Origin: Chiloscyllium plagiosum
Taxonomy: Eukaryota
Assembly (NCBI RefSeq): GCF_004010195.1
Contig: NW_025214241.1
Coordinates: forward strand, 1-40,667
DNA length: 40,667 nucleotides
Direction: 5' to 3'
Below the pieces are notes generated by a model. That model searched no databases and was not told where the DNA came from. It was given only the letters and a program-made list of their open reading frames with translations. Below, piece after piece: positions 12,857 to 23,592 of the stretch. Positions within the stretch are counted from its first letter, which is position 1, and each line of letters starts with the position of its first letter. A program made the position numbers and the translations under genes.

Positions 12857-13560
12857 GTTAGTAACTGTCATTATTTAACTGTTGATATCACAAGATTAAT
12901 TTGGAAAAGAAACCTTCATTAACAGATATAGGAGATTATTGCACAACAGAACCCCAGAAATTGTTGTGCCTGTGGATTTTATCCCTGTACACCAGCAGTG
13001 CTGGCAGTAATAAGATAAACATGTACAGAGGAATCCTGCAATACATGGTAATGGCAGGGTGAACTGCTGTTACCTGTGATACCACTCACTCAATATTCAG
13101 TTCTAGAGAAGTCAATGAAAGTGAATATTGGGCAAAGTGTGTTTGGCACAATTCAGTCCAGTTTATGCCTAATTTTAGAGCCCTCGTCTCAATCAGATAT
13201 TGGTACAGATTCATGTGGGGATGGTCAAGACCATTTGGTCCGTTGTGCCTGTCTGCTCTTTGAAAGAGGTGCCAAATTAGTCCCAGTTCTACTGTCCTTT
13301 CCTCATAGGTTGAAGCAGTTATCCAATTCTGTTTTGAAAAGTAACACTGAATCTGCCTCCATCATTCCCTTTCAAATTGCCCATTATCATGTTTCTATTT
13401 TTTTAAATCCTCCTCTTCTACACTCTAGCTTCCATTTTTGCCATTTTTTTTAGATCTATGTCCTCTATCTGGGCTTGAGAATGATTTCTGCCCATCTACT
13501 CCACCAAAACCCACATAAATTTGAACCCATCCACTTAATCTCACCTGAACCTTCTCTGTT

Positions 13561-13782
13561 CGACTTAAGGAGAACGAGCCTATTATCTCCAATCCGCACA
13601 GTATAACTGAAGTATTCCATCCCTGGAACATTCCACGAAATATCCACTGCACTATTTCCACCCTTTCTGAACGACTTAAGGAGAACGAGCCTATTATCTC
13701 CAATCCGCACAGTATAACTGAAGTATTCCATCCCTGGAACATTCCACGAAATATCCACTGCACTATTTCCACCCTTTCTGAA
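13561..13782. repeat. Two-copy 111-bp tandem duplication inside a decayed minus-strand LINE-like fragment
   Basis: cgacttaaggagaacgagcc...ccctttctgaa at 13561-13671 and 13672-13782. Confidence 0.9.
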
Positions 13783-14641
13783 ATGTGATACCTAGAACAG
13801 GAGACAAAACCCCGATTTAAGGCCTGATCAGTGATTTACAATGGTTTATGACTAAATTCTTTGCTGCTCTGCCCTCAGAAAGCATTTGGTATTTCCAAAG
13901 CCGGAGAAAGTGAGAAGTACATATTTCTCTGGACAGTTGAAATATTGCCCTTCTTATCCTTGGCCTGTCCCTAGTGTGACAGATTCTGTTCCATGAAGAA
14001 CCTTAAGGGTTTGTATCACAATCTGTCAACTTCTCCAGATTGTGTGATCTGCTGCCAGTCCATACAAGTCAACAGCTTTAACCATCTCACTTTACCAGGG
14101 CAGGTTTTGAACTCATGGCCTGTTAGACAATATATTTCTTTGAGTCCTGAATCCTTTCTTGCCCATATTGCCATTGCCTTCAGGTTAGAAATGTCACTTG
14201 TTTAGAATCTATGGTATTTTAATCCCTCAATCAATGTCACCTCAAAACAATTAGTGCTATCACCATAATTTTGGAGCCAGATTCTTCCATTTATGTAAAG
14301 TACCATCTGGTGCTGTCAGTTCTATATTAAATTAATTAGTTGATTGACTAATTAATCAGTTTGTGTTTCCAGTTCAATTTCTCATCTGGTGGATGGTGGT
14401 TCAAACAGTGGTACACTCCAACAGTATCAGCTCAACTCTGAAATGAGCTTGAACCCATGACCTTTTGATTTTGACGTGACCATGAGACCAACTGAGCCGC
14501 AGCTGATCTATAAGTGTGTAAACTCTCTGTGTAACAGTGTAATTGTTTTCAGAAATAGCTGGTTGTAGCTTTAACACAATCTCTCCAGTTTCATCTAATT
14601 GCCATGGATTTATTTACTGGGTCAATCTATTTCTGTTTCAG

Positions 14642-14956
14642 ATGTCCAGATCAAACCTTCCGTTTATGCTTCCAGTACTTACCGTGAGACAAGCTCCAAC
14701 CAAGATGAGATCAGCCTCCTCTGTCTAGTCAAGGATTTCCAGCCCAAGAGCATCGATCAGACATGGTCCAGTGACAATAGAGTGATCACAACTGGAGTCA
14801 TTAACTATCCAGCAGTCTTGGGGCAAAATATGACATACACAATGAGCAGTGTGATCAAAGTCTCTGCATCCGAATGGGATGCCAACAAGGTCTACCATTG
14901 CAAAGCGGGTTACAAGTCAGATGAAATGGTGACAGCCGAGATCAAAAAGCCGACAC
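14642..14956 (+). CDS. IgW: IgW constant exon CH1b (duplicate of CH1a lacking the extra Cys)
   Basis: Acceptor tttcag|; VQIKPSVYASSTYRE...[13 protein letters not shown]...YHCKAGY; donor C|gttagt; 315 nt, colinear with CH1a. Confidence 0.92.
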
Positions 14957-16179
14957 GTTAGTACAAGAGCTTACGTATCATTCTAAACTGTACTAGGATC
15001 AGGGGATGAAGTTGGAAAGGAACCTTCAGCAACCAGTGAAGGAGGTTTCTGTCCAAAGAGACCACAAATGAATTCTTGTAGCCACATACTCTATCCTGGC
15101 TTAACAGTAGTGCTGCTGGGAGCTAAATAAAGACCCATGAGAAATCACCCCAAACTACCCAAGGCAGGGCAACAATGTCAGCGCCTGTGATGCCACAATC
15201 CCAGCATTTAGTTCTGCTCAAGTCAGTGAAACTGAATATCGGGACTAGGGCAAGGGGGGAGGGCTGGAGGGATGGGGTTGTGCCACACAGGAAACGAATC
15301 CCATAACTTTGTCCACTTTCTGATCCAGCTTCAATATTAGAGCCCTGCACCCACCCTTTAACATATCACCAACAAGATCCTGATTTAGAAAATCATACAG
15401 GAAAGGAGGTCATTTAGCCCAATAAATCTGTGCCAGCATTATCAAAGATGCAAAATTGTTTCACTGCTCTGCTCTTTATCTACGATCCTCCCAATGTTTT
15501 GTATTCTCAATAATAATCCGTTTCTCTTTCGGAAAATACAGTTGAATCTGCTTCACCGGTCCCTTTCAGGAAGATTCAAACAAATTGCTATGTTTGCAAA
15601 GGAAAACGTCCTCATGCCAACCTGGGTTTATTGTATCACTTATTACGAGTGATCTCGCTGGAAATGGAAACAATTCCTCTCCATCCTTTACTGGTTGTTG
15701 ACCTGATTTCACACACACTCCCAAAACCTTGCAGTGTGGAAGCTCAGTCATTCAGATCAAAACAGAGATTCATAGATTTCGAGATGCTCTTGACATCAAG
15801 AGATATCTAGATAATATGAGTATGGCATTGAAGGAGCTGCCGAGCCATGGCACATGAACAGCGGGAGGCCAGGCAGCTCCTTGAGACTACTCCACCATTT
15901 CATTAGATCATGGGTGACCTCCAGCTCAACTTCCAGTTACCTGCCTTTGCTCCAGATCCCAGTAAAATGTGATGCTTCACTTGGGAGACCGTAGATATGC
16001 TGCTAGCACTCTCTAACCCAGCTCACTTCACATTCATGGTCATTCTCATCAGGCTGTTTATTCCCAAGTGAATCAAAATCAATATTGAAGGCACTGGCAT
16101 TGTGATGGTTTCTTTTGATGTTGGGGGAGGTCTGTTTCCAAAACGATCACATCGTCTGAAATATTGTATCTTTCCACAG

Positions 16180-16485
16180 CTCAGGCTCCCCACGTCTTCT
16201 CTGTTGTTCCATCCCCGGAAGTTGTCTACAATCAAACTACTGCTGCCTTGGGGTGCATGCTATCTGGATTCTATCCTGACAGTGTACAGGTTTCCTGGTT
16301 TAAAGCTGGAGTCCGCCAATCGGGTACCAAACTCCCTTCCAAAAAGGGAAAAGGCAATATGTTTGAAACAATCTCTTACCTGACTGTACAGGTGGCAGAT
16401 TGGAAGAAAGGGGATGAATACACTTGTGAAGTGATCCATGAGGCTACAAGCTTCAATACCAGGATCAACATGAAGTACCAAGAGG
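16180..16485 (+). CDS. IgW: IgW constant exon CH2-type
   Basis: Acceptor ccacag|; QAPHVFSVVPSPEVVYNQTTAALGCMLSGFYPDSVQVSW...YTCEVIH; donor G|gtaagt; phase 1-1. Confidence 0.93.
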
Positions 16486-16985
16486 GTAAGTAGAGTCTGA
16501 TGGGGAGAAAGAATACCCTGTTAGAAATTCAATCTCCTATTGACTGAATGCCTGAACACTTAGTTACAATTTTTGAATTACTGTCCTTCATTGCAGGGAG
16601 AGGTGAGATGTTTAGTATTTTCTGTTTTGATATTAAAGTCACATCTGAGTGGAGTATTGTAATGTAATGTATGAAACAGGAAGACCACCTGGGTGGGGTT
16701 GCCTGCCTATTAAAACCCTCATTCCATGCTACTCGACGTGACAGCAGTAGAAAGAAAATCAGACGAGATATCAAATGGTCTTCTGAAACCATCCACAGTC
16801 CAAATGACCTTCTGTTTCCTCCCACTGCTACCCAAGTGCTGTTTCATCAAGAAATCTTTCCAATGCTGAATTTGAATGAATTACCATGATCTGTTTCAAC
16901 GATCTCCTGAGGGAGCTTGTCCATGACATAGGGGAGGAGAGGGAAACATGTATAACATTTAAATTTGTATTTCTTCCAATTCCAG

Positions 16986-17137
16986 GTGAAAAACCGACAT
17001 GCCACAGTTGTCCTCCTTGCTCTTGTTCTGAGTTTGTGCCAGTACTGCTCTACCACACTAACCTTAATGTGACCCTCAAAAACGGTGAAAAGCACCAATA
17101 TAACTGTGCCCAACAAAGGTGTCAAATAAAGTTGTGA
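16986..17137 (+). CDS. IgW: Cys-rich secretory tail exon S1 (short-form IgW tail)
   Basis: Acceptor ttccag|; [50 protein letters not shown]; 6 Cys, NVT sequon, AATAAA at 17125-17130. Confidence 0.88.
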
Positions 17138-18699
17138 GCTCATTATGAATGGAATTGGCTGTTGAGTTTTATTACAAGTCATCTGGCAGGTTCAAATCCC
17201 CAGCTCATGGAGTCTGTCAGAATGATAGTGTAAAGACTGTGAGAAGTGACAGCCCAGGTTAATGTTTCCCACTCCTTATTGAAGTGGTTACTGTTTGGTG
17301 ACCTGTACTGGTTTAGGTTGAAATGTCCTGATCTCACAGTTTGACCCTCACCACTTGGCTTTGACTCAAGTTGACAAAAATTTGACGATTATTTGTCACC
17401 CATGGGGGCCATCACCTTGATCTAATAAAGTCGGATTTGGTCTCTTTCTTCAATGATGTTGGTCCTGAGGCAAGTTGGTAATTCAGGCCATAAGGACTTA
17501 TCTGGTGCCCTGTACAATCTGGTAGGTTTTGGGTGGAAACACAGGACAGTAAAATTGGAGAAGTTCCCTTCAATCCTGGATACTGACAATGGTCAATGAA
17601 AGGTACATGATGTTCACAAGGAATTCAAATTGACAAAGTTCCTTTTAATGTCTCCATGAGGGTATGTGGAGTGAACTGCCCCTTATCCTGTGATTTCACC
17701 ATTTTACAATGGTATGGGGAGTGCTTCTGACCCTGTGAGGATTGATTGTGGGAGAGCAAACATTAAGACTTGGTTACTAATAGAATGATCAATGATAACC
17801 TGGAAGGAAATTGCTCAACATCTTGTCTGAAAGGTGGGCGAGCGAAGCAGAACATCTGAAGCTAATAACAGGCGTGACCCTGTCAGACACTGTCCTGAAC
17901 ATCAGCCCAAACTGCAGCCAGAGGAGTTGGTATACAGTGTTCATGAATGGTTTTGACCAGGACACAGACAGAGTCATTATTCTCTCTGCAAATATTAACT
18001 CAATATGATATGGACAGTGAGCAATCAGTGTGGATCAAAGCAGGCACCATAGTTGTGGTTTGCACAGTGAATGTGTTTGTACGCAAATTGCGTACAGAAC
18101 ACAGGGCACTGCAGGATATCTGAAGTGATGATAATTCTTCAAGAGTCAAGAAAAAAGAAGAGCATATGACAAATTCAATGAATCATTACCCTCCCAACTG
18201 ATGGCTCTGAGCAAAGTTGGAGGGGGTGGGGAAATATTCTATACAAATGACCTCCAACCTGCAACAACAGTGGGCTTTCATTACACCTGGTGATACATCA
18301 GGGTTGCTCTTGCAATGTAAAAATGAATCAACTTCCTCAGCAGGTGGTAACATCAATGACATCTTGCACTTATAGAGTTTCTTAAATGTGATAGAACATC
18401 CCAAGATGGTGAAAAACCAGAGAGGAATTGAAACTGAGTCTAAAAATGGTAAGACAAGGATATGACCAAAGGTTTGGCCAATAAGCTGGTTTTTAACAGT
18501 GTCTTGGAGGAGGAGAGAGAAAGAGAGGGAGAACAAGTCACTGAGCGGGTAGGCAGTGAATTGCATAGATTCAGACCTGGCCACCAATGAATTTGCAAAC
18601 CAAGATTACAGAGCGAGGGAAGCCCATGGCAATAAAACATTGGGATAAGAGTCATAAAACAGAGGCTTCCAGTGCTGACTCCAATGAGGTAAAAAGTAT

Positions 18700-19090
18700 C
18701 AGACATCCTAAAGTGCTTCACAGCCAATTAAGTATTTAAATGGGAAGTGACTCTTGCAATGTAGGAAGCATTGTAGCCAACCTGCACAGACCGAGCTCCC
18801 ACAAAAGTCAATCCAAGAATGACCTAGTAATCTGCCTTTTGTAATGATGAGTGAGTGATAAAATTGGCCAGGACATTGGGAGGCGAGTCTCCTGCTTTTC
18901 TGCAGAATAATGCTCTGCCATCTGTACCTTCCACTTGACACAGCAGTCAGGACCTCATTTTCATTTCTCATCCAAAGACAACACCTCTGACAGTGCAGCA
19001 CTCCCTCTGGTCTGCCCTGAATTGCCAGCTTTGAGATTTGTACCCAAGTGGGATATGAGCCAACAATGCCAACACAGAGGTGCCAGCAAC
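18700..19090 (-). mobile_element. Old SINE-like interspersed repeat (possibly Deu-domain type)
   Basis: Motif ctcatccaaagacaacacctctgacagtgcagcactccctc; related decayed copies at ~10270-10310, ~27450-27480 and ~39160-39200. Family assignment is tentative. Confidence 0.4.
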
Positions 19091-19596
19091 AGTGTGTGGT
19101 TGAAAGAAATGAGCTTCTTTTTGATTTGGTGTACTCGACGTCAGGAATCAATCCACTGTCACAGGAAAGTGAAAAAGAACTTGTTCAGTTGTTCATTTTG
19201 TTGTACCTCTGTCTCACTCCATTTCACAAATCAGAGATTACATTTATTAATACTGTTGTCTCTGAAAACTGCTCAGCCCACAACTCAATTACAGTCCTCG
19301 CAGTGGATTCTTGATCACTTGGTAAACACATTCAAAATGGATCTGGCTCTTTCTTAATGCACTGATTGTACTTTCTTGGTCAAAACTTGTAAAACATGCT
19401 TTAAATAGCCCTTCGATTTTCTAATGGTCAGGTATTTGCTCTAGAAGTTCTGGATTAAAAACAATTCCAGTTCCAGGCCACTTCTGTCCCCATGTTTCAT
19501 TGATTCTAATGATAACAAAGCCTTCCCTAAACATTTAACACCTGCTGATACCAGAAAATGCCAATTCTTCTGAAATTTTTCCTTTCCCTTTCCCAG

Positions 19597-19899
19597 AAAT
19601 GTCTCTATTTCTCCAAAATCCTTCCATGGAAGAGCTTTGGATCAACAAGACTGCCACCTTGGTATGTACAGCAGTCTGTTCTGATCCCAGCCAAGTCCGG
19701 ATCACCTGGAATGTAAATGGGAAGCAGAGAAGTGAAGGGGTTACAGCTCAGCCACAGAGAGAGGAAGGCACCCAGTACATCATCATCAGCCAACTCCGAA
19801 CCACAGCAGAAGAGTGGGAGAACGGGATGGAGGTTGTGTGCTCTGCTCAAAATGATCCCTCATCCTCACCAGTTACAAAACGGTCACGGAGTGTAAGAG
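19597..19899 (+). CDS. IgW: IgW constant exon CH3a
   Basis: Acceptor tcccag|; MSLFLQNPSMEELWINKTATLVCTAVC...W...VCSAQ; donor G|gtgggc; 303 nt. Confidence 0.92.
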
Positions 19900-19989
19900 G
19901 TGGGCAAGAGATCAAAAATTATATATCTGACTTTGCCAAGCTCGAAGGAAAGAGTTTAACACTTCCTTTGTTTTACCTGTCTGTTCCAG

Positions 19990-20307
19990 TTCCGCCAAAA
20001 CATCCAGAGATCAGACTGTTGCCTCCACTGGCCCAAGAGATCAAGAATCAGAGCAGAGTTACACTAGAGTGTGTGATCACTGGATTTTACCCGGACAGCA
20101 TACAGGTCTCCTGGGAGAAGGATGGCAGCCTGACCTCCTCCAACACCCGTGCTGGCCCCACTGCTCTGGAGCAGACAGAGACATTCAGTGTCAGGCACTA
20201 CCTGAATGTGAGAACAGAGGAGTGGAGGAAAGGCTCAGTCTTCACCTGTGCAGTGAGTCATCCACCCTCCAACTTTAACATCAGGAAGGAGGTGAAGAAT
20301 GTCCAAG
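19990..20307 (+). CDS. IgW: IgW constant exon CH4a
   Basis: Acceptor ttccag|; PPKHPEIRLLPP...TLECVITGFYPDSIQVSW...FTCAVSH; donor G|gtaagt; 318 nt. Confidence 0.93.
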
Positions 20308-20486
20308 GTAAGTTCTCAGCCTGATGCCAAGATTGACATAATTCATCCTCATAGAAACTCTCCTCCTGCAAGTTCAAAAAGACAAAATATTGCATCTGCG
20401 TGTAGTTCCGTACTCTTTACTGCAGGGCAATGAAGGTGGAATTACTCTTCCAGTTTGAGACAGGAACAGAACCCATCCTGTTCCAG

Positions 20487-20635
20487 GTGGGAATGGTGGT
20501 TGCTCTTGTTCTCACTGTGTGGCGAGGTTCCTGTGTGTAGAGAACTTTGACATCATTCTCTCTGAAGACAATATAAATGTGACCAACAAATGTCTGGAAT
20601 CCATTGATGGGTTGGTTGTGAATGAATCACCTTGA
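20487..20635 (+). CDS. IgW: Secretory tail exon S2 (diverged S1 paralogue, 3' part frame-shifted)
   Basis: Acceptor cctgttccag|; GGNGGCSCSHCVARFLCVENFDIILSEDNINVTNKCLESIDGLVVNESP*; DNA similarity to S1 and S3; AATAAA at 20932. Confidence 0.7.
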
Positions 20636-21099
20636 TCTGGTAAAAGAAGGTTGTTCTATTGTAAAGATGTTGGTTGTCAGTGGAGTTGCTGAGAGAGAAC
20701 ACAAGAAACCTATGGGGGCCCAATACGGCCCAGTAAACTTTGAGAACTGTTTGACTGTTGAAATGCGAAATCTTCTATTCAAATTGGAATTAGAATTCGA
20801 GTTGGTTTTATTGACACGTGCACTCGAATGAGTACAGTGAAAAATTTGCAATGTAGCTGCTTATGCTGCCATCTTAGGTACAGGAGACCTAGGTACAGAT
20901 ACTTAAGTCTTTGTTACAGAATTGAAAGATGAATAAATAAAGTCTACCAGAGGAAGAGAAAGGTTTTGAGAATGGAATAGTGTAGGTTAGAGCGGCTTCA
21001 GATGGGTCTTACAGACCAGTGCAACATTGAGGGCCAAAAGACCTGTACTCTACTGTAATATTCTGTTCTATGTTCTGAAAAGTACTCGAATTACTCAAT

Positions 21100-23095
21100 C
21101 GGCCTGGTCTCGGCCTCGCCTCCTGTTCCGGCCTGGTCTCGGCCTCGCTTCCTGTTCCGGCCTGGTCTCGGCCTCGCTTCCTGTTCCTGCCTCGTCTCGG
21201 ACTCACCTCCCATTCCGGCCTGGTCTCGGCCTCGCTTCCTGTTCCGGCCTGGTCTCGGACTCGTCTTCCATTCGGACCTGGTCTTAGACTCACCTCCCAT
21301 GCGGACCTGGTCTTAGACTCACCTCCCATACGGGTCGGGTCTCGGACTCGCCTCCCATTCGGGTCTGGTCTCAGACTCCCCTCCCATTCGGGTCTGCTCT
21401 TAGACTCACCTCCCATGCGGGTCTGGTCTCGGACTCGTCTCCCATGTGGGTCTGGTCTCGGACTCGCCTCCCATTCGGGTCTGGTCTTAGACTCACCTCC
21501 CATGCGGACCTGGTCTAAGACTCACCTCCCATGTGGGTCTGGTCTCGGACTCGCCTCCCATGCGGGTCTGGTCTCGGACACGCCTCCCATGCGGGTCTGG
21601 TCTCGGACTCGCCTCCCATGCGGGTCTGGTCTCGGACTCGCCTCCCATGCGGACCTGGTCTCGGACTCACCTCCCATGCGGACCTGGTCTCGGACTCGCC
21701 TCCCATGCGGGTCTGGTCTCGGACTCGCCTCCCATACGTGTCTGGTCTCGGACACGCCTCCCATGCGGACCTGGTCTTAGACTCACCTCCCATGCGGACC
21801 TGGTCTCGGACTCGCCTCCCATGCGGGTCTGTCTCGGACTCGCCTCCCATGCGGGTCTGGTCTCGGACATGCCTCCCATGCGGTTCTGGTCTCGGACACG
21901 CCTCCCATGCGGGTCTGGTCTCGGACTCGCCTCCCATGCGGGTCTGGTCTCGGACTCGCCTCCCATTCGGACCTGGTGTCGGACTCGTCTCCCATGTGGG
22001 TCTGGTCTCGGACTCGCCTCCCATTCGGACCTGGTCTTAGACTTACCTCCCATGTGGGTCTGGTCTCGGACTCGCCTCCCATTCGGACCTGGTGTCGGAC
22101 TCGCCTCCCATGTGGTCTCGGACTCGCCTCCCATGCGGGTCTGGTCTCGGACTCACCTCCCATGTGGGTCTGGTCTCGGACTCGCCTCCCATGCGGGTCT
22201 GGTCTCGGACATGCCTCCCATGCGGTTCTGGTCTCGGACTCGCCTCCCATGCAGGTCTGGTCTCGGACTCGCCTCCAAAGCGGGTCTGGTCTCGGACTCG
22301 TCTCCCATGCGAACCTGGTCTCGGACTCGCCTCCCATTCGGACCTGGTCTCGGACTCACCTCCCATGCGAACCTGGTCTCGGACTCACCTCCCATGCAGG
22401 TCTGGTCTCGGACTCGCCTCCCATGTGGGTCTGGTCTCGGACTCGTCTCCCATGCGGACCTGGTCTCGGACTCGTCTCCCATGCGGACCTGGTCTTGGAC
22501 TCACCTCCCATGCGGGTCTGGTCTCGGACTCGTCTCCCATTCGGACCTGGTCTCGGACTCACCTCCCATGTGGGTCAGGTCTCGGACTCGCCTCCCATGC
22601 GGACCTGGTCTTAGACTCACCTCCCATGCGGACCTGGTCTCGGACTCACCTCCCATGCGGGTCTGGTCTCGGACTCGTCTCCCATTCGGACCTGGTCTCG
22701 GACTCACCTCCCATGCGGGTCTGGTCTCGGACTCGTCTCCCATGCGGGTCTGGTCTCGGACTCGCCTCCCATGTGGGTCTGGTCTCGGACTCACCTCCCA
22801 TGTGGGTCAGGTCTCGGACTCGTCTCCCATATGGGTCTGGTCTCGGACTCACCTCCCATGCGGACCTGGTCCCGGACTCGCCTCCCATGTGGGTCTGGTC
22901 TCGGACTCGCCTCCCATTCGGGTCTGATCACGGACCCGCCTCCCATGCGGGTCTGGTCTCGGACCGGCCTCCCATGCGGGTCTGGTCTCGGACTCACCTC
23001 CCATGTGGGTCTGGTCTCGGACTCACCTCCCATGCGGGTCTGGTCTCGGACTCACCTCCCATGCGTGTCTGGTCTGGGACTCGCCTCCAGGACTC
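21100..23095. repeat. 29-bp GC-rich minisatellite, about 2 kb (roughly 68 units)
   Basis: Unit ggtctggtctcggactcgcctcccatgcg; explains the 29-aa periodic ORFs on both strands. Confidence 0.97.
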
Positions 23096-23592
23096 GCCAA
23101 CGACACCCTCCAGTCTGGCAGTCAATTCCTCTATTCCCTCTGGGTAATTTTAGAAGTTAAAAGTTTTGGAAGAAACAAAAACTGCAGCAAAGAGAAGGGA
23201 AAGAGAAAAGGAACTAGTGGAGCAGAGGAGCTCCAGCTGGAGTTTCCACTCTGCTGCCATCTTGCCGATGTACCCATTACCCAGTTATTGACCGCAGTCC
23301 ATTACACTTCAATCCACACAAAATAGCCAGCTCAGAAAGTTTATGGGTTTTGAGGAGCAAATGAAATTGAACCTTGTTTGCTGAACAGTATCAGGATTTT
23401 ACAACAACAAGGCGTGTTCTCCACTACTCTGAGAGCTTATGTGCTGAGAGATCACTGATCATTAGGGATAGTTAGATGGTGACATTTGGTCATTTCTGAA
23501 GGCAGGGCTGAGCAGTTTACAAATATCAGAATATTTCTCATTACCAATGTGAATATTAAATCCAAGCTGTCAAATTGCTGACCACACCCAAA

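Noticed and set aside
21009-23160. Long ORFs (up to 464 aa) on both strands, or a CRISPR-like array
   Set aside because: They arise from a stop-poor 29-bp minisatellite; units abut with no unique spacers, and the context is a vertebrate intron.
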